Origin: Eledone cirrhosa
Taxonomy: Eukaryota
Reading direction: 5' to 3'
Length of the DNA stretch: 64,000 nt
Assembly (NCBI GenBank): GCA_964016885.1
Contig: OZ024749.1
Coordinates: 12,090,001-12,154,000, forward strand
Part shown: positions 12,820 to 26,063 of the stretch, in pieces
Position numbering within the stretch: the stretch's first letter is position 1
How the letters are laid out: each line of letters opens with the position of its first letter
Made by a program: the position numbers and the translations under genes
The notes under the pieces: generated by a model
Databases searched by the model: none
Seen by the model: only the letters and a program-made list of their open reading frames with translations
What the model was told of the DNA's origin: nothing

Positions 12820-15800
12820 AACAATCCATTTACACAGGTACAACTGGGTGGTTAAACAATCCATTTAGTATCTACACAGGTACAACTGGGTGGTTAAACA
12901 ATCCATTTAGTATCTACACAGGTACAACTGTGTGGTTAAACAATCCATTTAGTATCTACACAGGTACAACTGTGTGGTTAAACAATCCATTTAGTATCTA
13001 CACAGGTACAACTGGGTGGTTAAACAATCCATTTAGTATCTACACAGGTACAACTGGGTGGTTAAACAATCCATTTAGTATCTACACAGGTACAACTGGG
13101 TGGTTAAACAATCCATTTAGTATCTACACAGGTACAACTGGGTGGTTAAACAATCCATTTAGTATCTACACAGGTACAACTGTGTGGTTAAACAATCCAT
13201 TTAGTATCTACACAGGTACAACTGTGTGGTTAAACAATCCATTTAGTATCTACACAGGTACAACTGGGTGGTTAAACAATCCATTTAGTATCTACACAGG
13301 TACAACTGGGTGGTTAAACAATCCATTTAGTATCTACACAGGTACAACTGTGTGGTTAAACAATCCATTTAGTATCTACACAGGTACAACTGGGTGGTTA
13401 AACAATCCATTTAGTATCTACACAGGTACAACTGGGTGGTTAAACAATCCATTTAGTATCTACACAGGTACAACTGGGTGGTTAAACAATCCATTTAGTA
13501 TCTACACAGGTACAACTGGGTGGTTAAACAATCCATTTAGTATCTACACAGGTACAACTGGGTGGTTAAACAATCCATTTAGTATCTACACAGGTACAAC
13601 TGTGTGGTTAAACAATCCATTTAGTATCTACACAGGTACAACTGTGTGGTTAAACAATCCATTTAGTATCTACACAGGTACAACTGGGTGGTTAAACAAT
13701 CCATTTAGTATCTACACAGGTGCAACTGGGTGGTTAAACAATCCATTTAGTATCTACACAGGTACAACTGGGTGGTTAAACAATCCATTTAGTATCTACA
13801 CAGGTACAACTGGGTGGTTAAACAATCCATTTAGTATCTACACAGGTACAACTGTGTGGTTAAACAATCCATTTAGTATCTACACAGTTACAACTGGGTG
13901 GTTAAACAATCCATTTAGTATCTACACAGGTACAACTGGGTGGTTAAACAATCCATTTAGTATCTACACAGGTACAACTGGGTGGTTAAACAATCCATTT
14001 AGTATCTACACAGGTACAACTGGGTGGTTAAACAATCCATTTAGTATCTACACAGGTACAACTGTGTGGTTAAACAATCCATTTAGTATCTACACAGGTA
14101 CAACTGTGTGGTTAAACAATCCATTTAGTATCTACACAGGTACAACTGGGTGGTTAAACAATCCATTTAGTATCTACACAGGTACAACTGGGTGGTTAAA
14201 CAATCCATTTAGTATCTACACAGGTACAACTGTGTGGTTAAACAATCCATTTAGTATCTACACAGGTACAACTGGGTGGTTAAACAATCCATTTAGTATC
14301 TACACAGGTACAACTGTGTGGTTAAACAATCCATTTAGTATCTACACAGGTACAACTGTGTGGTTAAACAATCCATTTAGTATCTACACAGGTACAACTG
14401 GGTGGTTAAACAATCCATTTAGTATCTACACAGGTACAACTGGGTGGTTAAACAATCCATTTAGTATCTACACAGGTACAACTGGGTGGTTAAACAATCC
14501 ATTTAGTATCTACACAGGTACAACTGTGTGGTTAAACAATCCATTTAGTATCTACACAGGTACAACTGGGTGGTTAAACAATCCATTTAGTATCTACACA
14601 GGTACAACTGGGTGGTTAAACAATCCATTTAGTATCTACACAGGTACAACTGGGTGGTTAAACAATCCATTTAGTATCTACACAGGTACAACTGTGTGGT
14701 TAAACAATCCATTTAGTATCTACACAGGTACAACTGTGTGGTTAAACAATCCATTTAGTATCTACACAGGTACAACTGGGTGGTTAAACAATCCATTTAG
14801 TATCTACACAGGTACAACTGTGTGGTTAAACAATCCATTTAGTATCTACACAGGTACAACTGTGTGGTTAAACAATCCATTTAGTATCTACACAGGTACA
14901 ACTGTGTGGTTAAACAATCCATTTAGTATCTACACAGGTACAACTGGGTGGTTAAACAATCCATTTAGTATCTACACAGGTACAACTGGGTGGTTAAACA
15001 ATCCATTTAGTATCTACACAGGTACAACTGGGTGGTTAAACAATCCATTTAGTATCTACACAGGTACAACTGGGTGGTTAAACAATCCATTTAGTATCTA
15101 CACAGGTACAACTGTGTGGTTAAACAATCCATTTAGTATCTACACAGGTACAACTGGGTGGTTAAACAATCCATTTAGTATCTACACAGGTACAACTGGG
15201 TGGTTAAACAATCCATTTAGTATCTACACAGGTACAACTGGGTGGTTAAACAATCCATTTAGTATCTACACAGGTACAACTGGGTGGTTAAACAATCCAT
15301 TTAGTATCTACACAGGTACAACTGGGTGGTTAAACAATCCATTTAGTATCTACACAGGTACAACTGTGTGGTTAAACAATCCATTTAGTATCTACACAGG
15401 TACAACTGGGTGGTTAAACAATCCATTTAGTATCTACACAGGTACAACTGGGTGGTTAAACAATCCATTTAGTATCTACACAGGTACAACTGGGTGGTTA
15501 AACAATCCATTTAGTATCTACACAGGTACAACTGGGTGGTTAAACAATCCATTTAGTATCTACACAGGTACAACTGTGTGGTTAAACAATCCATTTAGTA
15601 TCTACACAGGTACAACTGTGTGGTTAAACAATCCATTTAGTATCTACACAGGTACAACTGTGTGGTTAAACAATCCATTTAGTATCTACACAGGTACAAC
15701 TGGGTGGTTAAACAATCCATTTAGTATCTACACAGGTACAACTGGGTGGTTAAACAATCCATTTAGTATCTACACAGGTACAACTGGGTGGTTAAACAAT

Positions 15801-16392
15801 CCATTTAGTATCTACACAGGTACAACTGGGTGGTTAAACAATCCATTTAGTATCTACACAGGTACAACTGTGTGGTTAAACAATCCATTTAGTATCTACA
15901 CAGGTACAACTATGTGGTTAAACAATCCATTTAGTATCTACACAGGTACAACTGGGTGGTTAAACAATCCATTTAGTATCTACACAGGTACAACTGTGTG
16001 GTTAAACAATCCATTTAGTATCTACACAGGTACAACTGGGTGGTTAAACAATCCATTTAGTATCTACACAGGTACAACTGGGTGGTTAAACAATCCATTT
16101 AGTATCTACACAGGTACAACTGGGTGGTTAAACAATCCATTTAGTATCTACACAGGTACAACTGGGTGGTTAAACAATCCATTTAGTATCTACACAGGTA
16201 CAACTGTGTGGTTAAACAATCCATTTAGTATCTACACAGGTACAACTGTGTGGTTAAACAATCCATTTAGTATCTACACAGGTACAACTGGGTGGTTAAA
16301 CAATCCATTTAGTATCTACACAGGTACAACTGGGTGGTTAAACAATCCATTTAGTATCTACACAGGTACAACTGGGTGGTTAAACAATCCAT
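12820..16392 (+). repeat. 42-bp minisatellite (about 85 units) with one dimorphic site
   Basis: Unit aaacaatccatttagtatctacacaggtacaactg(g/t)gtggtt. Confidence 0.98.
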
Positions 16393-16554
16393 CTTACAGC
16401 AACATGACTTTAGATCCAGTCTCACTGGAGCTCCTAGTTGACACATTGTGAAGGAAATTTAGTAAAACGATACTGAGTGGATTGTCATCATATATACATA
16501 TATGTGTGTGTGTGTGTGTGTGTATGTGTGTGTGTGTGTGTGTACATATAGATA

Positions 16555-17497
16555 TCTTTCTTTATTTGCCACAGGGGCATACAAAAATGGGACATTACAA
16601 GACGTGACGGCGGGGGTTTTACATAAAATCTTTAACAATGATAAATAACAATAAACTATATAAAAATAAAACAATTGAAATACCCGTGGGGGGTGTAACG
16701 TTACTGCGGGGTTGTTTTACACCCCGTGGATAGAACAACCCTCAACACCAGGAACACGTTTTGTAGGTGTTCCCGTCTTCCCTCTGTTTATCTTCCTCAA
16801 CCTTCAGGTTTATATACAGAGAAGGCCCATTCACCAGGGCCATTTTCGCCACATTCACCCACCTTTCAGAGAATTTACTGGGGTGTAGCACCTCTCTCTC
16901 CACTCTCACCTTCCTTCTCAAGTGGTACTTAAAGAAAGGAATGAGTTGTTGTCCGGAGAGAAAGGTGCTTGCCCTCAATCCTTTTAACCTCGTCCGCCAT
17001 AGCCACCAGACAGAGGAAGACCGCCTCTCCTTCATTCTTAAATGAAGGCGGTGGGGTGATCCTCACGATGGACTCGGCTGACAACTGGATGTGTCCTACA
17101 CGTGACAGTAGCTGTTTGACATAATTCCAAGGGTCGGTCACCCCTGGACACTGAACAATTGCATGCAGAATGGTTTCAATGTCCTGCTCGCATCTTGGAC
17201 AGGTCTTTTTGGCAGAATCTCTGCCAAGGCGTCCGTGCCTGTAGATTTTGTCTCGAACTGGTAGAGCCCCTCGGTAGCACTGCCAGGCCAGAGAGCTCTG
17301 GAAGTTATCCATAGGCCCTGGATGGAAAGTTCTCCCGAACAGATTGGTCAGTTCGTCTTCCTCGATGCCTAGAGTTTCCCCGAGAACGTCGTCGCACTTA
17401 TCCTCCACTAATCCCCTATAGAATGTCGAAGTGGAGTCTCCGCTGATTGCCGTTTCCGCTTGGTAGAGGGCTGTGAGCACCTGAAGGCACTCGAGGG
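16555..17497 (-). mobile_element. L1/Tx1-clade LINE 3' fragment (zf-RVT region and 3' UTR)
   Basis: LAWQCYRGALPVRDKIYRHG...CPRCEQDIETILHAIVQC. AATAAA on the minus strand near 16561-16566, next to a microsatellite. Confidence 0.85.
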
Positions 17498-17522
17498 ATA
17501 GCTAGATATAGATATATTAATG

Positions 17523-17568
<46 letters not shown>

Positions 17569-17580
17569 GGTGTATATGTG

Positions 17581-17716
17581 GTACTTTATTTTATTGACCC
17601 TGTAAGGATGAAAGGCAAAGTTAACCTCGGCTTGATTTGAACTCTGAACGTAAAGGGCCATAACTATGCTGCAAAGCATGTTGTCTGACGCTCTACCGAT
17701 ACTGCCAATCCACCAT
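17581..17716 (-). mobile_element. Family A SINE (head and core)
   Basis: Reverse complement of 313-455. Confidence 0.85.
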
Positions 17717-19307
17717 AATGAGAAATTATTTGAAAATCATAGGCAGTGTCTTTTATGAGGAATATGGTAAGAAAATGGTTAAATCATTTCTGTGTCGTTG
17801 CTGAAGGAGTTTATTAGTTTTTAGTTCTGGTCCATTTCTGTCACATTTATTTTTTAATGTTGTTTGTTATTTTTTAAGTTGTTTACCCTCAGCGGTACAT
17901 TAGGATTTTCTACCTCATTGAGTCTCATCAGTGTACTTAAGCGTCTCGCTGTCTGTTTCTTTCCAATTCCAATAAATCTTGTGAAATCACACAACCATCA
18001 TCTCAAACACATCTAGACATTTCTTATTGATTTCATCAATTATTTCTCTGCCATACTCCCTGCAGCAGCAGTAGCCACCGCCACCAATATGTAAAATATG
18101 TATGTATGCATGTAATGTAATGTAATGTAAGTGTATGTTCGTGTGCATGCATATACACACAAGAATAGTGTATATTTACATCTATTTTAGTACCTCAACC
18201 CCTTGTAAAGTTCAGAAAGAATTATACATTGAAAACTAACTTTTAATTGTATTAAATAACTAAAGGTGATAGTTTTACAAACAACAACTAATTCTACAAT
18301 GTTGCATTTCATTGGTGATTTTATTGAATAGGGGCTTCAGTCCTATCATAAAAAGCAGTGTGAAATGAAGTGCCACCCAGTCCAAGAATTATCCAATGTG
18401 CCACCCAGTCCAAGAATTACCCAATGTGCCACCCAGTCCAATAATTACCCAATGTGTCACCCAGTCCAGGAATCGCACCCATGACCTTATGATTGTGAGT
18501 CCAACACCCTAACCATTAGGCCACATGCCTTCACAGATGATTTTATGTTAAAACCCTAAGGAGATTAAATAGATTACCTAAACATTAATCTCTAAAATGA
18601 TCAGATTTTCTACGGCTAGGTGCCTTTCCTATCACCAACCACTTTACAGAGTGAACTGGGTAATCATTTATCATGTAGATAATCAACACTAGGGAAGTTG
18701 TTATGTCCGACACAGCTGAACAGTCCTCCTGACCCATTCTTTGCCAAGGTTTCTATGGTTCATCATCATCATCATCATCATTGTTTTGACATCTGTTTTT
18801 CCATGCTTGCATGAAATTGAATGACATCTTTGTCAGCAGGTATGTTTTTTTCCCCCTACAGCTGGATGCCATTCGTGATGCTAAGCCATACCTTATTCTA
18901 AGTATGGTGTATTCTGCTAGCATCTGTGAGACCATTACTCTGTATGGTGTATCCTGGTAATATTTGGGAGACAGAAATTGAAAGAAAACCCCATTACATA
19001 TAACTGATTGTGTGTATGTATAAGTGTCTGTGCCAGTGTGTGTGTGTGCGCCAGTGTGTGTGTGTGTGCCAGTGTGTGTTTGTGGTGTGTCCTTGTATTT
19101 CAGTGGTTCTATTACCTTGCTTGGGGTTAGGTTCTGTCTGCCTTGTCCTTCTCCCTTCTCAGTAACCCCTTGTATCTTAGTGGCTCTATTACCTTGGGTG
19201 AGTAAATTAAAAAAGCCCTACCCAAATGGATCAGAATTGTATGACTTATCTTAATACTGGGCTTTATAAGAAGACCCTCACATACATAATGTATATAAAC
19301 TGTGAGT

Positions 19308-19689
19308 ATCATCATCATTTTACGTCCGCTTTTCCCTGCTTGCAAGGGTGGGACTGGAACTGATTCTGGCTTGATTTCTACAGCTGGATGCCCTTCCTAA
19401 CACCAACCTCATTTACAGTGAGTGCTGGGTGCTTTTTCTTTTTCCGTAGCGCCTACACGTCCACTTTACAGTGTGGGCTGGGTGCTTTTTTGCCGTGGTA
19501 CCTCCACGACCACTTTGCTGTGGAATGATATGGACCCCAGTCCTATCATCTCATTTCTACAGCTGAGTAAACTGGAGCAATGTGAAATAAAGTGGCTTGC
19601 TCAAGGAAACAACACATCACCCAGTCCGAGAATTGAACTCACAACCTTTCGATTGCAGGGCCAATGCTCTAACCACTAAGCCATGTGCT
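19308..19689 (-). mobile_element. Full-length family B SINE
   Basis: tRNA-like head, CORE-like segment, two 48-bp modules, aggaagggcatccagc box, cttgcaagcagggaaaagcggacgtaaaa tail and (GAT)n. Confidence 0.92.
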
Positions 19690-20747
19690 TCAGAATATGT
19701 ATGTTTTTTAAGTGTTGAAGTAAAATAAATGGCAATTAACTTTTAATAGAATCAATATGTAAGGGGAATCTGTTAATCATTTGACATAAAAAAAAAAGCT
19801 TTGGAATCGTCAAATTATGATAAATAATTCCATTCTTTGAGGCAATTTTTAAAGAAGCGACGAAGAGGAACAGATGCTGTTTGGAGGAAATATATCTTAG
19901 AATCTTTATTTTTAAGAAAAGCACAATCATACTAAAATTATAGGAGCAGTAAAGAGGAACAGATGTTGTTTAGTAGGGATCTTAAGTGATTAACACATAA
20001 TTTATTCTAGAATAGTTTTGTGAGAAAACTTCAAGAATATCTATTAATAATACCATTACTGTTTAGATCATTATATTCAATGGATTTCAACTTCTATTTT
20101 AGTTTACCTAATGAAATAAAACTTAATAAATGTATGTGTACACACACGGATAATTAGAAAGAATATCAGCCATGGTATTTACCAGGGCGGCACCAGACTT
20201 ATCACTATTTAAGAAGAAAAAAAGAAAAGAAAAAAGGAAAAAAAAAACACGTATTACAGAAAGAATTGTTGGATTAGTGCTTGGTATTTTGGTCTTGTTT
20301 CACTCCTCTGCAAAGCAGGCTTATGGCAAAAGAAACAAGGTTAGTCCAAATTATAACTAGTTAAATATTTCAATTAACAAGAGATTTCTTGTTTTACAGT
20401 TTTTGAAAAACTTTTAATAAATAGCAACTAAAATCTGAAGTCAATAAAATACAGGTTCATTCATTAAGTAAATAATTGCCAGATGCTATCTCTATAACAA
20501 GCAGTAGGTGCTTAAGTGGGTGTTAGTATATTCAATGTATGGAGCATTCTAAAAAGTTTAAAGTAAAATAAAATATGTATATTTATTTAGTGATATAGTA
20601 CAAGTTATGGTTGAGGCTATACTTTGCTGATGAAGTGAAAATATGATAAACACACCCAGAATTGCCTCAGAAACTTGTCAGACATGAAAATATTACTCAT
20701 CAACCAATATGGTTTCTTTCCCTCCATATTTTATTCTACACGACGGA

Positions 20748-21175
20748 AATACACCCAGTAAACTATGTAAAGTGGTAGAGCTGGAGCCATGATAAAATAC
20801 ACCCAGTACACTCTAAAGTAGTAAAGCTGGTGTCATGATAAAATACAACAAGTACACTCTGTAAAGTGGTAGTGCTGGTGTCATGATAAAATATATCCAG
20901 TACACTCTGTAAAATAGAAGTGCTGATGTCATGATAAAATACACCCAGTACACTCTGTAAAGTGGTAGTACTGGTGCCATGATAAAATACATCCAGCACA
21001 CTGTGTAAAGTGGTAGTGCTGCTGTCATGATACAACGCACCCAGTACACTCTGTAAAGTGGTAGTACTGGTGCCATGGTAAAATACATCCAGTACACTCT
21101 GTAAGGTGGTAGTGCTGCTGTCATGATACAAAGCACCCAGTACACTCTGTAAAGTGGTGGTACTGGTGTCATGAT
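20748..21175 (+). repeat. 48-bp module array, older variant (about 9 units)
   Basis: Unit cacccagtacactctgtaaagtggtagtgctggtgtcatgataaaata. Confidence 0.9.
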
Positions 21176-21622
21176 TAAATGAACTGGGAGTGGATATAAT
21201 GAAGGCAGTGGCCCAGCATAGCCAAAATCTATTGACTGAAACCAGTAAAAGAATAAAGATATCAGAATTGAACCTGGCAGAAGTGACCAAGTCTTTATCT
21301 CTAATCTGCTGTACTCAATAACAAGGAAGTCTATATCAAGAGATTTAACACATTTCATACCAACACCTTGTCCTATGTTACAAAACTGTTTTCCATCATG
21401 TGACATGTTCTCTGCTTCCAACTTAGTCACTTTGACCCCAGTACAGAGGACAGGAAGACAAATACTGGCTATTGTCTGACCACTTCCTCTTTGCATTGGC
21501 CGCCGTCGACTCTGTAAAGCTGACCTCCTCCACAAAATTGGAATGATAGCAATCCATCTAAGGAAGGAGCCCCACCAGGTGGCATGGCTGTTGCAGCTGG
21601 TGTTGCCCTCTGTTGCTGGTTG

Positions 21623-22990
21623 GTGCAGTGAGTGTCTTTGGCTAGTGCAGTGGGTGTCTTTGGCTAGTGCAGTGGGTGTCTTTGGCTAGTGCAGTGGGTG
21701 TCTTTGGCTAGTGCAGTGGGTGTCTTTGGCTAGTGCAGTGGGTGTCTTTGGCTAGTGCAGTGGGTGTCTTTGGCTAGTGCAGTGGGTGTCTTTGGCTAGT
21801 GCAGTGGGTGTCTTTGGCTAGTGCAGTGGGTGTCTTTGGCTAGTGCAGTGGGTGTCTTTGGCTAGTGCAGTGGGTGTCTTTGGCTAGTGCAGTGGGTGTC
21901 GTTGGCTGTCGCAGTGGGTGTCTTTGGCTAGTGCAGTGGGTGTCTTTGGCTAGTGCAGTGGGTGTCTTTGGCTAGTGCAGTGGGTGTCTTTGGCTAGTGC
22001 AGTGGGTGTCTTTGGCTAGTGCAGTGGGTGTCTTTGGCTAGTGCAGTGGGTGTCTTTGGCTAGTGCAGTGGGTGTCTTTGGCTAGTGCAGTGGGTGTCTT
22101 TGGCTAGTGCAGTGGGTGTCATTGGCTAGTGCAGTGGGTGTCATTGGCTAGTGCAGTGGGTGTCATTGGCTAGTGCAGTGGGTGTCATTGGCTAGTGCAG
22201 TGGGTGTCATTGGCTAGTGCAGTGGGTGTCTTTGGCTAGTGCAGTGGGTGTCATTGGCTGTCGCAGTGGGTGTCATTGGCTAGTGCAGTGGGTGTCATTG
22301 GCTAGTGCAGTGGGTGTCATTGGCTAGTGCAGTGGGTGTCATTGGCTAGTGCAGTGGGTGTCTTTGGCTAGTGCAGTGGGTGTCATTGGCTGTCGCAGTG
22401 GGTGTCATTGGCTAGTGCAGTGGGTGTCATTGGCTAGTGCAGTGGGTGTCATTGGCTAGTGCAGTGGGTGTCATTGGCTAGTGCAGTGGGTGTCTTTGGC
22501 TAGTGCAGTGGGTGTCTTTGGCTAGTGCAGTGGGTGTCTTTGGCTAGTGCAGTGGGTGTCTTTGGCTAGTGCAGTGGGTGTCTTTGGCTAGTGCAGTGGG
22601 TGTCTTTGGCTAGTGCAGTGGGTGTCTTTGGCTAGTGCAGTGGGTGTCTTTGGCTAGTGCAGTGGGTGTCGTTGGCTAGTGCAGTGGGTGTCGTTGGCTA
22701 GTGCAGTGGGTGTCGTTGGCTAGTGCAGTGGGTGTCGTTGGCTAGTGCAGTGGGTGTCTTTAGCTAGTGCAGTGGGTGTCTTTGGCTAGTGCAGTGGGTG
22801 TCTTTGGCTAGTGCAGTGGGTGTCGTTGGCTAGTGCAGTGGGTGTCTTTGGCTAGTGCAGTGGGTGTCGTTGGCTAGTGCAGTGGGTGTCATTGGCTATC
22901 GCAGTGGGTGTCGTTGGCTATCGCAGTGGGTGTCGTTGGCTATCGCAGTGGGTGTTGCCGGCTGTCGCACCAGGTGTCACAGGCTAGTGC
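21623..22990 (+). repeat. 22-bp minisatellite (about 60 units)
   Basis: Unit gctagtgcagtgggtgtc(t/a/g)ttg. Confidence 0.97.
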
Positions 22991-23282
22991 AAGGAAATGC
23001 CATATTGTCTGCCAAAACACCTCTCTAACTTAGGTGTAAAGTTTGTCACACTCTCCCCTTCCTCTGTTGCCTAATAATTCTTGTCCTTTTCTTCATTTTC
23101 CTCTCATTTATAATCCTTTCCAATGCTACTTTCTTTCACAAAATATTAAAGTCTTCATTATTTTTATGTAATTTTATCCTAGAAATATATTTGAGTATTT
23201 TGAAATATAATTTTATTTTATGTATGAATCTTTAAATTATGCTCAATACCAGCTTAATAAGAAAGTTAGTTATAATACCAGC

Positions 23283-23557
23283 TTAACCCTTTAGCATTCA
23301 CATTATTTTATATATACTATTATATTTTCATGGTAAAGGCTTTACCTCACATAACATTCACATTACTCTATATATACTATTGTATTTTCATGGTAAAGGC
23401 TTTATCTCACATAATATCAAATCTATGAGATTTTGAAAGTATTTATTTTGAGAACAATACCTTAACATCAGTTTGAGTGACCAGTTACAGCCAGTTTCAA
23501 CAGAAAACGGTAGAGAATTCTGGCCGGTTTTGGCCGGTTTGAACACTAAAGGGTTAA
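23283..23557. mobile_element. TTAA-flanked MITE (piggyBac-like, CCCTTTAG termini)
   Basis: ttaa-ccctttagcatt ... cactaaaggg-ttaa, with two internal ~60-bp units. Confidence 0.8.
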
Positions 23558-23649
23558 TACTGAGAAAGTTAGCTTTAATACCAGCTTAATAATGAGAAAG
23601 TTAGTTATAATACCAGCTTAATAATGAGAAAGTTAGTTATAATACCAAA

Positions 23650-24270
23650 TGCCTCTGCAGATCAACCGTAGACTCTTTCGGCCTCCACCCGCTTTCCTCC
23701 CACTAGTGCTGGCCTCCTTCCACGCCATGCTGCTCTCAACAAGGTCATAAAACGTGGCTTGGATGCTGAAGCTTTCCCTTCCAGCTCGAGCCAGTGGGGC
23801 TGGATCAAGGAGACAGCAAAAGGCCAGACGGCACGGCTATCTTCCCATTCCGCGGTGGTAAAGCCCTCATCTGGGGTGCCACATACAGCAACACATTCTC
23901 CAGCAGCAACCTGGTGCAGTCTGCAACTAACCCAGGCTCTGCTGCACTTCGGGCTGAGGAGAGTAAACTCCCCAAGTATTGGTCGCTCTCCGACAGATTT
24001 GCAGTGGAGACTTCTGGTGTTCTTGGCCCTAGGGCTAACTGCCTACTCACCCCCATAGGTGCCAAGCTGGCTAACCAGCAGGTGTGAGCCTTGCGAGATG
24101 GAATGGCTCTTCCAGCACATCATCACCACCCTCCGGAGAAATGCCTTCCCCATTCTGTCTGCCGGGGCTGTGAGGCGGCCAGCGTCTGAGACCCTATTTG
24201 CTCGTAATAGTGAGAGATGGAGAGGGTCAGAGAGATGGAGGCAATGACAGTGGGAGTTCCTCTGTATTCG
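23650..24270 (+). mobile_element. CRE-like non-LTR retrotransposon 3' fragment (restriction-like endonuclease)
   Basis: GLHPLS...RHAALNKVIKRGL...EPVGLDQGDSKRPDG...LIW, frameshifted. Confidence 0.8.
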
Positions 24271-25504
24271 GACCATGTGTGTGTGAGTGTGAGTGTGTTT
24301 GCTTCTATTCATTCGATATGACACACATATTGAGAAGTAATTTAAACAAAGCTACTGGCAACAAGAGAATATGCTGATACCAGCTTAACAGTGAGAAAGT
24401 TAGTCATAACAGCAGCTTAATAGTGAGAAAATTAGTTATAACAACAGCTTAACTGAGAAAGTTAGTTATAACAGCAGCTTAACAGTGAGAAAGTTAGTTA
24501 TAATATCAGATCTTTCCAGATTCTCGATTATTTTTTAAATGATTTGAAATTTATAGGCAATGTATTTCATGAGGAAATATGATAACGAAAGAGTTTTTTA
24601 GTTTCACTTCTAAACCAATAAGTTTTGTGGGCTACATATAAATTTATCTTAACTTTTGCATAAGGGTTCAATGCTCATTTAGGTTAAATTTGATTTATTC
24701 ATTTAGCTTCAATTCAAATGAAACATTTATGAAACAATTTTGAATTAATTACATAGGATTATATTCTTAACAGAGAAATACTTTATTCCACAATAGATTA
24801 TCCAACCTACTTATTGATAATCTTTCAATACAATAGAAGCAATAAAATTAAATGCTTGCTAACTCTCTCTCTCAGTTGTAAATTGTAAATCAAGTATGTA
24901 TGTAACATGGAATTATTGTCTCTAACCCTCAACATCATTTAATGTCTCTCCTGCTAACAAGGGTAGGGCAGGTCTTCATAGAACTACTGACTAGCAAGGG
25001 TAGGGCAGGTCTTCTACTGGCCTCAGTGTACAGTAAATCTAGACATCACTATATATTTACACAGTGACTAAAAGTAAAGTGGAGTGTTGGTCAATGGAAG
25101 TTTGTATATACATCGACATATCTATATGTGAATACATAAAGATTGTGTGTGTACATTTATAGACAATTTCGATAAGCAATATAATTAGAGAGAGAGAGGA
25201 GAAAAAGAAGATTATGTGCTGTAAAATAATGATCTATTTGTTATTCAGCAAAATTTTCCAGCTATGTAATTCAATTAGTTAAGGGATATTATTGGTAATC
25301 CTATGAGGAAGAAATATCAGGGAAGATAACTGTTATTCTAATCTCAAAACTGTAGGCTTCAATATTGTTTAGCAGTGAAATTCGTTAGTTTTACTGTAAT
25401 TTGCTTTCATTTTCTTTACTATTCCATTACACATACTAAGATAGTTTTATGTTATCTCTTTCAGTAATTTCTATAACAATAGATTTATACATCTTGGAGA
25501 AAGC

Positions 25505-25720
25505 TAAGGTTTTGGCAGTATTGGTAGAGCATCGGGCAACATGCTTTGTGACATATAGTTATGGCCCTTTAGGTTCTGAGTTCAAATCACACCGAGGTTA
25601 GCTTTGTCTTTCATCCTTATGAGGTTGACAAAATAAAGTACCAGTAATGCACTGGGGTTGATTTAACCGACTTTCCCATCACCCCAAATTGTTGGCCTTG
25701 TGCCTAAATCAGAAACCCTT
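25505..25720 (+). mobile_element. Family A SINE
   Basis: Similar to 313-505. Confidence 0.8.
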
Positions 25721-26063
25721 ATTTCAACTTAGAGAAAGATTTATATTAGAGATAGTGTATTGTATTTCAGAGTGTTTGATATATTAGTATAGAGTGAGAA
25801 TGTGTGGGGGGAAAGACTCAACTGAGGTAATCCCTGCAATTTCAAGACCAAAACACCACCTAGGGGTATTCAAGGGATGAGAAGCAAGCAAGAGAGAGCA
25901 CAGTGTGTGTGTGTGTGGTGTGTGGTGTGTGGTGTGTGTGTGTGTGTGTACACGAACGTAAACAAATTGAGAAGATAGAATAGATTTCTTAAATCATTTA
26001 ATACCTTACAAATGTTTCAATACCTATAATCAAACAATATAGTAAACACAGGAAAAAAATATA

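Noticed and set aside
12930-16451. 1173-aa ORF of (WLNNPFSIYTGTT[G/V])n
   Set aside because: It is the translation of a 42-bp minisatellite. There is no ATG start, all observed variants are non-synonymous, it is antisense within an intron, and one open frame of a 14-codon unit is expected by chance.
17880-18090. Unique-looking stretch examined as a possible exon
   Set aside because: Stops in the plausible frames and no Src-like motifs.
11942-22990. CRISPR-like appearance of the 22-42-bp repeats
   Set aside because: The units are directly tandem with no unique spacers, there are no cas genes, and the context is eukaryotic.
26000-26030. Minus-strand GAAACATTTGTA hammerhead 3' half
   Set aside because: No CTGANGA or stem II upstream, so the evidence is insufficient.
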